Source: Elsinoe ampelina (Eukaryota). From it: DNA of 64,000 nt. The position numbers and the translations under genes were made by a program. Shown here one piece after another: positions 1 through 12,511 of this stretch (position 1 is its first letter; each line of letters opens with the position of its first letter). The DNA lies in the NCBI GenBank assembly GCA_010093995.1, contig ML992502.1, positions 2,110,541-2,174,540 on the forward strand, read 5' to 3'. The notes under the pieces were generated by a model. It saw only the letters and a program-made list of their open reading frames with translations, searched no databases and was not told the origin of the DNA.

Positions 1-1383
1 TTAGGCTAATAATAGGCAAATAGGTCTTTAAGACTAAGAGGCTTACTAATAGTAAAGTTAAAAGATATAAGGCTTGTTAGACTATAAGGGGCTTTACTTA
101 AAGAGTAGATATTAATTTTGTTAGAACCTTTATACTAACACTAAGAGCTAAAACTAGAAGAGTAATCCTTATATATACTCTTTATTATAACTAGGTTATT
201 ATAATAGTAGATGTAGTTACTATATTCCTTAGACTAGACATTAATATTAAGAACTATATCTCCTACCTAGAAGGTGTACTAATTCCTAGTAAACAGGACA
301 AGCTTATTGTTCTTATAAAGGGCTTATATAGGCTTAAGTAAGCTACTGCCCTCTAGTATAATGCTATAGTTAAGGCACTTCTATTACTTAGTTTTATTAG
401 ATCCTATAGTAATACCTGCCTCTTTATTAATAAGTATTATATAGTTCTTATATATATTAATAACTTTAGGATTATTGCTACTAGGTAGAAGTATATAGAT
501 AAGCTAGTTAAAGATCTTTATCTTAAATTCCTAATAAAGATTATAAACTTAAACCTCTTCCTTAATATTTAACTTTATAGAACTAAGGACATAATTAAGA
601 TTAAGTAATTACACTACTTAAAGGAGAAGCTTAAAGGCTATAATCTTTACTAAGTAAGAACTATAAAGTATTTTATTAACTAACTCTATAAACTAACTAA
701 TAGCTAAGTTAATACTTAATACTATAAGACATTTAATAGAATTATTAGTAAATTGTAATATCTAGCTAACAATATAAGGCCTAATATTAGCTATGCTACT
801 AACTACCTAGCTAAGTTCCTTTAGAATCTAACTATAGCTTATGTAGTTATAGCTAAATAGATCTAGAGATATATTAATAAGACTATTATAAAGGGCTTTA
901 CCTTTAAGAAGACTAATAGACTATTAGTTAATATAATTAAGGCCTACTCTAACTTAGACTTTACTAGAGATAGATTAACTATAAGATCTATATCTAGTAC
1001 TATTATTTATATACTTAGTATACTAGTTATTTAAAAGTTAAAGCTATAGAAGATTATTATGTTATTAAGTACTAAAGCTAAATACCTTACCCTTACTAAG
1101 ACCTATAGAGAGATTAATTAGTTAAGAAATCTTATTATTAAACTTAAGCTACTTACTAATATTTACCTTAGCCTAACTATAGTCCTTATTAATAACAAAT
1201 TAGCTATTAAACTTATAAGAGATTATACTAACTTAAGGAGATCTAAGTATATTAATCTAAAGAATTATTACTATAGAGAGTAGTATAAACTTAGAGTAAT
1301 TAAGCTTAAGTACATTAATATAACTTAGTAATTAGCTAATACACTTATAAAGCCTAAGTCTCCTAATAAGATCCCTAATTAAT
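1..1383 (+). pseudogene. RIP-inactivated Copia pol (reverse transcriptase + RNase H), 5' truncated by the window
   Basis: After reversing C>T/G>A: RYKARW..RGF (~63-97), DVVTAFL (~209-229), KGLYGLKQ (~318-341), IYVDD (~449-463), RPDI (~777-788), GYSDSDF (~941-962), SSTEAEY (~1065-1085), RSKHID (~1239-1256), LADALTK (~1332-1352). Confidence 0.9.
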
Positions 1384-1559
1384 TAGTAAAGGCTAATTAC
1401 TTAGTATATATCTATACTATATACTTATTTAGATTTTATATATATTGTTATTCTAAGTATATTATTTATACTACTACTACTTATTAAGCTATCTTATTTG
1501 TCTAAAGCTTAAACTAAATTACTTTATTATTAAGAAGAGAGAAAGGAAAAGCTATTATA

Positions 1560-2790
1560 ACTCTATTACTAGCTACTTATGCCTAAGCTATATCTACTAC
1601 TTAGTACTATTATTACCTTTAATAATCTCTACCTATCCTCTACCTTAAATTACTTCTTTATAGAAGAAGAACTCCTTCTCTTATTACTACTAGTAGACCT
1701 TATAGAAGTGTTAGATCTAGACCTACTATGCCTTATTAGTGCTAGGCCTAGTATAAAGGCATAAATAGAAGAAAGCTAACTAGAGTAGCTAGTAGCTATA
1801 ATCCTTATAAGCTCTACTATATAGTTTATTACTATAGTAGCTAAGTTATAAACCTTAGTAGTAGTTAGGTTAGTAGAATCTACAAAGTTTATAGGGACTA
1901 CTATAAAGTAGTAAGAGTTAGTATAAGTTATCGAGGTGTTAACTATACCTAATAATGCCCCTAGTATATAGGCCCTTAGTAAGAACCTCTAAGGCAAAGC
2001 ACTACTAAAAGAGATAGATCTAGGAAGCTCTATTAGTAGATATATTAGGCTATATAGAATAGGCTAGGTAATAACCCTTAAGCTACTCGAGGTCCTTATA
2101 GGTTTAGGAGAGCTAATAGGCCTTAGAGTTAGAGTATAGTTAGCTAAGGAATATCTAGCATATTAGTTACTATAAGCATAGCAAGTGTAAGCCTTATTAA
2201 GCTAACTAGGCAAAGTAATACACTTACTAAACTTACTACTTCTACTCTTACTCTAATTATTACTAGAGTTAGATCTCTAACATTTAGTGTAGCGATTAGT
2301 GCTATAGTAGACTACTCTACTAGTAGTACTAGAAGCTATTAAAGTAGTAGAGTAGTTAGTAGATCTAGTAAGGTTAACTTACTTAGTTAGATCCTTAACT
2401 AGAATAGAATTAGTAACTAATAGGTATACACTATAGGTACTAAAGGCCTAGACTACTATAGACCTCTAGATAGAATATAAGTTAGTATAGTTATAATAAC
2501 TAATTATCCTAAGCCTAAGAAGAGTATTCTAGATTATATCAGCTAACTATTAAGTTAAAGTCTAAGTTAATTAGGCTATTAATATTAGCTTATACTATTA
2601 ATACTTTATAGCTACTTACTAAGAGTATTAAGACAAGTAATTAGTCTTATAGTAGTATTATAATTAATATTAGAAGTACTAGGTAACCTTAATAGAGGAT
2701 TTCTCTTCTTGCTACTACCTCCGCTACCTAGTAGACTACTTAGAGCACTAGCACTAGTAGTAATACTACTAATGCCTAGCTATTACTATA
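1560..2790 (-). pseudogene. Antisense accessory ORF in the Copia 3' region with a Cys-rich DUF3716-like domain (RIP-degenerate)
   Basis: Minus-strand de-RIP reading of ~2390-2150: ..NLARSTN.SAALIA..G..NRCTKCQ..GKFGECITLPGQLNKACTCCAYGNQ.ARCS, resembling the DUF3716 pattern C..C...G.F..C....G...AC..C.Y......CS. Gly/Pro-rich N-terminus near 2780-2700. Ends approximate. Confidence 0.55.
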
Positions 2791-2861
2791 CTATAGCGCT
2801 TATGTTATAAGTGTTATTAATATAGTATAGTAAGAAGGTAAAAGTATTATATAAAAGAAAA

Positions 2862-3064
2862 TAATTACGACTAGCAAGATAAGAGGTTAATTATGTCTAT
2901 TCGTTAAGATATTAAGACTTAGAAGAAGAAGAAGAAAAGCTAGTATATAAAGCACGCGTAATATTAAGGGCGGAGCAGCCGGAAGCCTAGGCCGCGATAC
3001 CGAGATTACGTGACTAATCTAAACTAGATCCTAACTAAATCTAGTTCGTATCTATCTTATATTA
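2862..3064 (-). repeat. 3' LTR of Gypsy A1 (203 bp)
   Basis: Near-identical to five other copies in the window. RIP-altered TG...CA ends. Followed on + by CTACCTCCTCTCTTAAG, the reverse complement of the PPT. Confidence 0.93.
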
Positions 3065-6000
3065 CTACCTCCTCTCTTAAGCGTATTTACCCTTAAATAC
3101 TATTATATATTATTTATTAATCTATTTTAGCCTTAGCTTATCTATATAAGAGTCTAGATAGTTACGTAGCACATTAGCTACTCCTTTAAGATTGTTAATT
3201 AGCTACTAGGTAAGATTCTCTAGATAGCCTTTCTAGCTTATATAAGTAACTAGCTTTCCTTGCAGTAAGTATATATTAATTATGTTATTTACCTTATACT
3301 TCTCTTTACCGTTGACCTCTATCGGAGGTAGTTCTTTAAAGGCTTAGCCTAGTAAGGGGTTATTTAGGTGTTTAGTAAGTAGGTCGGCGTAAAACACTAG
3401 ATAAATCCTTTATAGAGAGGCTAGTAAATCGAGCTTATATACTAGTAGTAATTGTTTCTTAAGAATCTTATAGAGACTAACATACTTTAGTAGTAGCTTT
3501 AGATTGCCTTATAGCTAAAGGTTCTTCGTCGATAGCTAAACTAAATCGCTAGCCTCGAACTCTATTAGCTAGCGGTGCTTATTAGCTTGTTCTACTATCC
3601 GTAACTACGTAATAGCAAGGTTAGCCTTAGTAATAGCTAGTGCCTCTTCTAGTTGCTTAGCAAGTGTGCGGATGTCGACCTTATTTAGCTTAGCTCTTGT
3701 TAATAGTATATTAGAAGGGAGCTAAAAGCTTAGCCTTAGCTTATACTCTCTAGTAACCTTAAATAGCAATAACTTAGTACTCTCTAATAGGTTAACGTTA
3801 GCGGAGAATTCTGCTACTAGTAGAACAAGTGTCTAATTACTAAAGCGTATAGCGTATAAATAGATAACTCGCTTAAACTTGCAATTTATAACTTCTAATT
3901 AGCCCGTCACGAAAATCCTAAGCCTAGAAAGCTAGAACTACTAGAACTGCTAGAACTATAGAGTATTTCGCTATTATCGTGCTAGGAGATCTAGTAGTTC
4001 TAGCTTTTCTACGCCTTGCTAGGCCTACTAGACTCGCTAAGTGCCTACTTTAGAACTAGTTTGTCTACGGAAGTAGGTAATTTATAGACATAGTAGGCCT
4101 ATAAAGGTTCTAGGTTATAGGTTTCTATATCGATCTACTTTGTTAGCCGAATTAGATAGGAAGATTACTATATAAAATCTGTAAGACTAGCACTATATAA
4201 CTTAACTAACCTAGCTATTCTAACGTTAGTTATGTCTTTAGCTGCCTTGCTTCTTCTACCTCTTTAAGCTATTTCTCCTCCTACGCTGTATTCTAAAGCA
4301 TGTTATATGTATTAAAATCTGCTATGTTATTAATAAACTTAAGCGAGGAATCTTTAGGAGTATCTTTATCTACTAGTATAACGTGTATAATTAAGTGTAC
4401 TTACGTTAGGGAGTATATCCGCCTACCTCTAAGCGTCCTACCTCTCCCCGCTATAGTTAATACCTAGGGCTTAATTACTATTATACCGTGTATATAGTCT
4501 GCCTTACTATTATGCTTATAAGGCAGAAAAAGGTCTATAAGAACACCGGTGTACTATCGGCAGTAGAGTAGACTAGTACCCTTAATGTCCTCTACTGTTA
4601 GTATATAGCATAGCTTTGCTAGTAACTTACTATCGAAAGCTAGTAACTCTCTCGTCTACTCTTACGAACTAGGTGTTAAGCTAGATTACTATTCCTATAC
4701 CTAGAGCTAGTTATATCTCTAGTTTCCCGGCCGGTTCTACTAGTGCTTAGCGCAACGTATAAACACTTACTCCTTAGCGTTAGAATTGTTAGTATTATTG
4801 CTAGATAGCCGATACATTTATAAAGCTATATAGAGCTTTACTCGTAATAGTAGAGTCTACTTCGAGTCTACTTCGAGGCGGTCTAACCTATCTAAATTGC
4901 TAGTTTATACTTCTCTAATGTCTTAATTGTCTTAACGAATAGTTTAATAACACTTCTATAGGAAAACTACAATTATCTAGGACAGTAACGAGCCTTTTAG
5001 TATTAGAATAAGCCTCTCGAGCTCCTCTACTATTCGCTACTAATCTAGGCCCTTTAAAGGCGTAGACTAATCCGAACGAGCCTATCTAAACGCTATCTAC
5101 ACGTCGACTAGTATAACCGTTAGGGCGGGGTTAGCCCCTTTAGGTTTAGTACTATACTAGGGTTTAGGTTAGCCTCTAGCTAGCGTAGTGCCGCTAAGGG
5201 CTTAGTAGTACTAGCACTAGCTCCGCACCGTAGCTATAATAGCACTACACTAGCACTAGGTATAGGTTAGGTCGTATATATTCTAGACGTAGTATAGTAC
5301 TAGGTTAGGTTAGTAGATAAGTAGTGTAGTGCTATTAAGTCCTTAGCGTACCCTTACTAGCACCGCACTAGAGTTACTATTCTTATAGTAAATTCTTATA
5401 GCAACTGCTATGTCCTATAACTCTTGTTACTTTTCTACTCTAAATACTTAAAGTTATAGTAGGTAAAGGATACTAGAGAGAAGCAAAAGTTATTAATTAT
5501 TAACTCTTATATACAATTACGACCTAATAGTAATTTATAGAAGATTAACCTAATTAACATTATCTATATAACCCCTATAAGCCTATTTTACATACTTAGC
5601 TAGTAAGCCGTATACTACCTAGAACTAATACCTTATTATCTTATTATCTGCTTTATCCGGAGAATATTCTATTCTTAGTAAGTTTACCCTTATATAAATT
5701 ATAACCCTTAACTAGTAAACTAGAGTACTAAAGCTATTAGGCAGAGTCTAAGACTAGAATAATTAGTTCTAGGTAGTTTAGCCTTCCTACTAACTTATAG
5801 TACAGTTGCGGATTGCCTTAATGCTATTAGATTACTAGTTAATAGTAAGTATAAGGCCGTCTAGGGCCTTAATCTCTACCTAAAGGTTATTAATAAATTT
5901 ATAATAAGTAATATTAGCCTAACGAATAATAGAGAGGCAAGTAGTAGATATAGTAGTAGATTTGCTTAAATTCTAGTAACTATTAGTATAAGTTATACTA

Positions 6001-6199
6001 TAGCAATATAAAGGCATACTAGATAGTTGTTTAAATGTTCCTAAGGAGAGAAAGAAGTAACTTAGCTAATAATCTACTTATATCCCTTAGTATAACAATA
6101 GCTATTATTTAATAATAGCTATTGTTAGTATTGTTGTTTTTTTATAATAGACAATAGCTATTGTCTATATTGTCGTTCTTATAATAGGTAACGCTAGAT

Positions 6200-7489
6200 A
6201 TATATACCTTTTAGTTGCTATTTCTTCTTCTTCCTCTTAAATCTCTCTTTCTTGTCGTTTAATACCTCTTTCTATAATGCCTCCTTCTTATACTTAACTC
6301 TACCCTAACCTAGCAGATCTAATCCCCTTTTAGCCTTATAAGATAACTCCTAGCAACCGCACTAGGCCCTTATACCTACGTTAGTATAAAGCCTACATCT
6401 GCTATATAACTCTTATATATCTTAACTTTAATAACAACTACAAAATCTAAGCCGAACATATCTATAATAACTATAGAGGTTTAGTACTTTACTATAAAGC
6501 CTGCCGCACTTATAATACCCCTTATAACTTTATAGGTGTTCCTAATCTAATCTTTCTCTATAATCTAACGAATATTAGTATAATATCTTATAGACTAATA
6601 ACATCTTCGACCTAATTAACATATAGTACACTATTAATTGTCTTATTCTTAACAGAAGAGCAGATCTACTCTTACTCTTTGCTATACGCTATAATGTTAA
6701 ACATAAGTAAGAGAAGTTAAATTATATCGACGATAGTAATAATAGTGTTTCTTCTAACAACTAATCTAATTAAAGTAGCGTAGTTAAAGCGTTAGCGAGC
6801 TAACAGCTTTAGATAGTTATTAATGATATAGACTTATACTTTATAAAGACTTAATTACGTTACCTCTTCCCGTAAGTAACTAAAATTAACTATAATAACG
6901 GCATATATAAGCTCTTAAAGTAGAAGTATTTATATTACCTCCGGCTGCACTAGTAGTTGTATTACTACCCTAGGTAGTACTATTAGTACTAGTAGTAGAA
7001 GCACCTCCCTTGTTGTCCCTTTTACTATTAGTATTATTCTAGAAAGTAACTTAACTATTATTAGGCTTAAACCTAGTAAGGAAGTTAGAAGTATAATAAG
7101 GTAGATATTAGTAATAGCATAGAGAGTAGCGTTAGTAATAAGTTAGCTAAGGTCGTAGGTGCTATAGTAGGGGTAGTTATTAAGGTTAATAATAAGGAAA
7201 GTAGCGCGGAGATTAGTTATAGCTTTAGCCTTTATATTATAGTCGATCTATACAATTTTCTTATTAACGTTTTTGTAAGTGAATCTAGTATAACTAATAT
7301 AGATACGAATATAGTTATATTAAAGATACTAGCGGGCAAGGGAATAAGCTTCCTTAGGGTAGCTAACGAAGGAAGACTATTAGTATTAGTAGGTAGAATT
7401 ATATATAGTAATAGAGAAGGTATACGCGGAAGTACTTTAGAGTAGGTGTTAGTATAGATACTATAAGAGCGTTATTACTCGGAGGCCAT
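6200..7489 (-). pseudogene. Unknown cargo gene of the hAT element (RIP-degenerate)
   Basis: ATGGCCTCC start near 7489. The de-RIP reading is protein-like (SFVGYPKEAYSLARQYLQYDHIRIHIGHTGFTYKNVNEKIVWID..). No recognisable domain; ends approximate. Confidence 0.4.
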
Positions 7490-7534
7490 TAACTAGATAC
7501 GCTTAGAATACTAGCCTCTAACCTTAGTAACGTT

Positions 7535-9950
7535 ATATAGTAGATCTTTGTCCTTATTATGCCCTTCTTCCTCGTTAACCTTTTTGTTACTTAAACTATA
7601 AGTAGTAATATCTCTAAAGTTATTACTTATGCTATCTATCCTGCTATTAGTATTATTATTAGTAGTAGTAAAATTGTCCGTCTTAGCTAATTAAATATTT
7701 TAAAGATTATTTTCTACTAGCTTAGAGACTATAATTTGTCAGATTATCTATAGAAGTAGTCTATACCTTTAATTGCTAATAATATTCTTCGCTATATTAA
7801 AAACATATTTAATATCTACACCGGCGATTAGTATTATAAAAACATTATAAGTAATATAAGCTAGTTATAGGAATAAGTGCTTATTTTCTTTCTACTAAGA
7901 AAGAATATTAAATTCTAATATTTCCTATATAGGCGAAGTTCTAAGGTAATTCTCCCCTTCTATTCTTATTATATAGACGTCGCTCTACTCTTATAAAAGT
8001 ATATTATCTTAGCTAGATACTAGAGGTATAAAGCTACTCCCTGTGTTTAATAAGAAAGGCTTCTTAAACTAGTAAGTAATAGACAAGGCTAGTAGAGGAG
8101 GTAGGAGAGTAGTTTAAGAAGGGTAGGTATTATTATAGTAATTAAGATAGTTAAGGAACTATTTATAGTAAAGTAATTTAAAATATAGTTCCTATAAAGC
8201 ATGCTTATACGTACTAAGTTTCTAAGTTAGATCTAAGATTATACTATAATTAAACAAGAAACCTTAACCTCTACTTATTTACTTATAATACTTAGAAAGC
8301 TTAGTATAACTAGCTTTCGCTACATTTTACACAACTAATAGCTAGTCTAAGTTGTCGTCCTCTTCCTAAGTAGACTTAACTATATTAAGGAAGTCGAAAA
8401 GGGTATTATACATAAGCTATATATATTATACTAATAGCATATAAGACTAACTTAGCTAGTTAGTTATATCCTTAAAATTCTCTAGTATTTAGATAACAAT
8501 CTTTAGATATGTCTATTCGGCGTAGCTAAGGTAAAGACATTTTATATCTATATAATCGATAGATACTATGTCTTAATTAGCTAGCGCTTCGTTAGTTTAG
8601 GGCTTATATATAATTATAATCTCTGCGTTAAGCTGTTTATCGATAATTAGTTAAAGTTTAACAGCTCGCTTATATATATTATATGTTAAGTTCTAATAGG
8701 TATAAATGTCCTAAATAACTAAGAGTCGTTTACGAGGAGGTAAATATACTTAAAGGGATTTAAAGTATTAGTAGCGTTAAGGGGACTAGTTAATTATAAT
8801 ACAAATTACGTAGAGCTTTAAAATTAGTTAAAAAACTATAAGAAAGAACTATAAGAAATATAACTTACTTTATAGAGAGAATTCGGAACTAATAGAGTTA
8901 TTTAAATATTATAGAGATACTACTTCTTAAGCTTATTAGCTTTCTTATTGTCCTTAGTAGTTTCTAGCTATAGGGCTTAAATAATATCTTATATAACAAG
9001 ATTAATTATATAGGCTAGACATAGAATTATATTCTTAATAGAGAACTAGTATATACTCTTCTTCTTAAGACCTTATTATACTTTAGATTATAGAGTGTTA
9101 TTGTTACTTACATTATCTACTATAATAGTAAGAAGGCATATATTAATCTTTTTTTCATTTAGAACTCTTAGTAGTTCTATGCCGAGCGTAACTCTAGTAT
9201 ACCGTCTACTAATTAGTACAAAATCTAGTAGGTACTTATATACTTACTAGTTATTATTAATATAGTATACCTTTATAGCTATAAAACTTAGATAGTTATT
9301 CGTAGACTAGCTGTCTAGTATAATTAAAACTTTTGTCTAACTACTAAGATTAGTAAGAAGATTAGACTAAATGTCCTTATAGTGCTCTTTTAATAGCCCT
9401 AAGGCCTATGTCCGACCTAGAACATTAGTATATAGCTAGAGGAAATATATAAATTAGAGAAAGAAGGAATTATTAACTATTTAGAATAACTAATTACAAT
9501 TAATAAGGACCTTAATAAGCTCTTTTTTAAATTGTTCTAGAGAGAATTATAGTATATAAGATATAGTGCTAGTAGCGTTTACTTTTAATTATATTAGAGC
9601 TATCTAAGCTACTAATTATTTATAGCTAGGAGATTTTATATTCTAGTAGCTTTAGCGTCTAAGATGTTTTATTAGGTGTTTATTACTAATCAAGTTTATT
9701 ATTAGGTGTTATAAAGCTCTACTATAGTAGAGACAATACATAAGAGGTATTCTATTAGTAAGCTTAGTACCTTTATTAAAGTTGGCCTAAATAACTCTAT
9801 AGCGAGTTATAGAATTCTAGTTTAGTAGGTTTCGTATTCCGCTAACCCTTGATTTACTACCTATTAATGTTATAGGCTACTATGTTTTTTAGGCTTATAT
9901 AGCTAGCTATTCTTTAAGTAGTATATTTAGTTAGTAGAGTAGATAGCTAA
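7535..9950 (-). pseudogene. hAT transposase (RIP-degenerate, intron-containing)
   Basis: C-terminal dimerisation domain after de-RIP: DILSWWKENEHLFPQLARIARDVFAIPIAGVDVERVFNMAKDIIGDRRHRL (~7910-7755). Intron GTAAGT...CTAAT..AG at ~8868-8816. 5' end approximate. Confidence 0.85.
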
Positions 9951-10259
9951 CAATTTTAATAGTTTTATAGAATTAAGTAGAGAATAGATTGTCCTAGTAA
10001 TTAATATAGAACTCTTTAAGCTTGTAGGGGAGAGATAGTAGTAGCGTAACAACTTCTAAGAGTATCTATAGTTAAGGATTAACTAAGTCTTTATTAAACA
10101 CTAATATTTTAAGAGTAGAGATATAGAATATTACTAGCTATATAACAAGGAGTAGAAGACTATAAGAATGCTCTATAAAAATCTATTAGCTACTTTTAAT
10201 TTATAGATTAAAAAAATTTTAATAGTGTAGAACTAGAAAGCTACTAAAACTATAGTCTA

Positions 10260-11553
10260 ATTTTCCTAACTTAAGGTTAATCTATTTATTCTTATCTATA
10301 TTGTCCTTACTCTTACTCTTCTTATTATTATTACTACTCTTATCTATTGCCTTATTATTATCTTTATCCTAATTCTCTTTATTAGAATTGTTAAAGTCTC
10401 TAGTAGTAACTACTTTATAGTATATTTTAGCTACTTCCTTAGTCTCGTACTTGTCGGGTTCCTTATTAAAAAGGTCCTTAATCTTAGAGTTATTCTTAAC
10501 TTCTTCTTTAACCTTATTATTACTATACTTAATATAGTAATTATTAGATTTAAGTAAAATATTGTTATTCTTGTACTTAAATTCTAGTTTAGGAGTAGGT
10601 TTATATTTGCTTCGATAGATTAGTATATAACTATAAGAAATAACTATAAGAAATAATATATACCTAATTATTCGCTTATACTACTTAGAGTTTAGTAGGT
10701 GTTATATTCTTAATAAACTTCTTAAACTTAGCTTAGTTACTATTATTATAGTTACTAGTATTATATAGTAAGTTAATACTATTATAGTAGATCTTATAGG
10801 TCTATTTCTTAAGAATTCTACTAGTACTAAGAAGATGTTTTACTTAGCAATTCGAGAATATATTTGTCTCGTTATAGAGCGCCTTCTTTATATAATTAGT
10901 AAGGAGTTACTTATAGCAAAGAAGAGTATTAGCTTTATAGATACTACTCTATTTTTAGTAGATAGATATAAACTTATCCTCTAACTATTCCCCTATATAA
11001 AATTAGTAGATATACTATAAGAATATACTATAAGAAATATACTACTTTACTAGGTATAATAGCAAGTCTCTACTATCTTCTTATATACTATATTAAAGGT
11101 AGCTTCTTTTTCCTTATCGGACATTACTTAGAATTCTTTAGAGTTCTTAAGTTTTGCCTTAAGTATACGTTTTATAGAGCAATTAGCATTACTAGTAGTA
11201 GTAAGGGCTTTCTCCTCTATACTAGCTTATATAGCGTAATTTCTTTACTAAATAGCTTACTAGGTATTACTAAGCTATGCTTTCTACTATAGAATTCTAA
11301 GGGGGTAGCTATAGTAAGGAGTTCTAGTATTCTAAAAGCGATTTTTAATCTAGTATTTAATCTTATTAGCCTCGGAATTAAAACTCTATAGTCTAGTTAG
11401 TATTTAACTATAAGAAGCATCTATAAGAATTACTCCTATTATAGTAAGGATTACTTCCTCTTTCTTAGTTATTTCTTTAGTCTTAATTACTAGAGTATTA
11501 GTTATCTCTTCCTCTTTACTAAAGATTTACTAATCTATAGGATTAGTAGACAT
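10260..11553 (-). pseudogene. Unknown multi-exon cargo gene with acidic N- and C-terminal tracts, divergent from the H3-like gene
   Basis: ATGTCTACT start near 11553 (MSTNPMDQQIFGEEEEM..). Three intron-like gaps near 11430-11390, 11050-10995 and 10662-10610. Asp/Glu-rich tail at ~10380-10300 after de-RIP. Confidence 0.45.
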
Positions 11554-11929
11554 TATAGATTAAGAATTAGTAGTGATTTATAAGAGAAGGTAGAATATTA
11601 AGTATAACAGGGAGTAAGATATAAGATATAAGTTTTATAAGGAAAAGATAAAGAGAGAAGAATTTAGCATTTCTTATACATATAGTAAATAGAGTAGCTA
11701 GAAATATAAGTAATAATAGGTATTAATCCTATTGTTGTACTAATATAAAGTTGTTAATATTGTTAATATAAAGTTGTTATAGTAGAGAATAACAATACAA
11801 AATTCATATTCTATATACTATTATAAATTCCTTAATAAGGCTTAATATCTTACTCTTAGTATTTTTGCCTTACTCTTCTTTACCTTTATAAACAAATTTT
11901 AACAATTAATTTGACAAATTTATATAGCT

Positions 11930-12511
11930 ATAGCTTATAAGAAGCAAGTAACACCTCTAAAAAGGGTAAAGCTAAGGAAGTAAGGCGCTAAGAAAACTGC
12001 TACTAAAAAGCCTACTATAGGTAGTTACGTAACAAAATTTAGACTAGTATTAACTAGATAAATTTGCTAGGTAAAGAGCTATAGGTTTAAGCTAGACAGT
12101 TAGTTTCTTATAGTAAATTCTTATAGTCTTATATCTAATATAGTATAGCTATTACTCTCTAAGAGATTTGTCGCTACTAGAAGACAACTAAACTTCTTAT
12201 ATATAAGCTTCTCTTCTCCTATGTTGTTTATAACATTACGTAAGATATTAAGTTAACACTTATAAGTAGAGATTTACGCTTTACACTAGATGCTATTAAG
12301 TATCTCTAGAAAGTAAGTAAGGTAATACTAGTAGAATATTTTAAAGGTATATTAACTATGTATTTAGAATATATAATACCTTATACTAATAACTATAGTA
12401 GACTATAATCTTAATACTATCTATGCTAAGTATTATACTATTATATAGAAAGACTCTTAGCTTACTAAGAAATATTATAACAAGTACTACTTACTTACTT
12501 TCTCTAATTAG
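11930..12511 (+). pseudogene. Histone H3-like (CenH3-like features) gene, RIP-inactivated, 2-3 introns
   Basis: De-RIP: MARKKQV..PKR.KPRKQGAKKTA.KKP / VK.HRFKPG / [36 protein letters not shown](+5 aa)DLRFTPDAIE.LQEASEA.LVEYFE / D.NL.AIHAKR.TIMQKDSQLA. Colinear with the H3 histone fold. GT..AG introns at ~12099-12148 and ~12348-12401. Confidence 0.9.

Noticed and set aside
5155..5315. Telomere-like TTAGG/TAGGGTT tracts
   Set aside because: Only scattered, imperfect units within RIP-altered hAT subterminal repeats; no tandem TTAGGG array.
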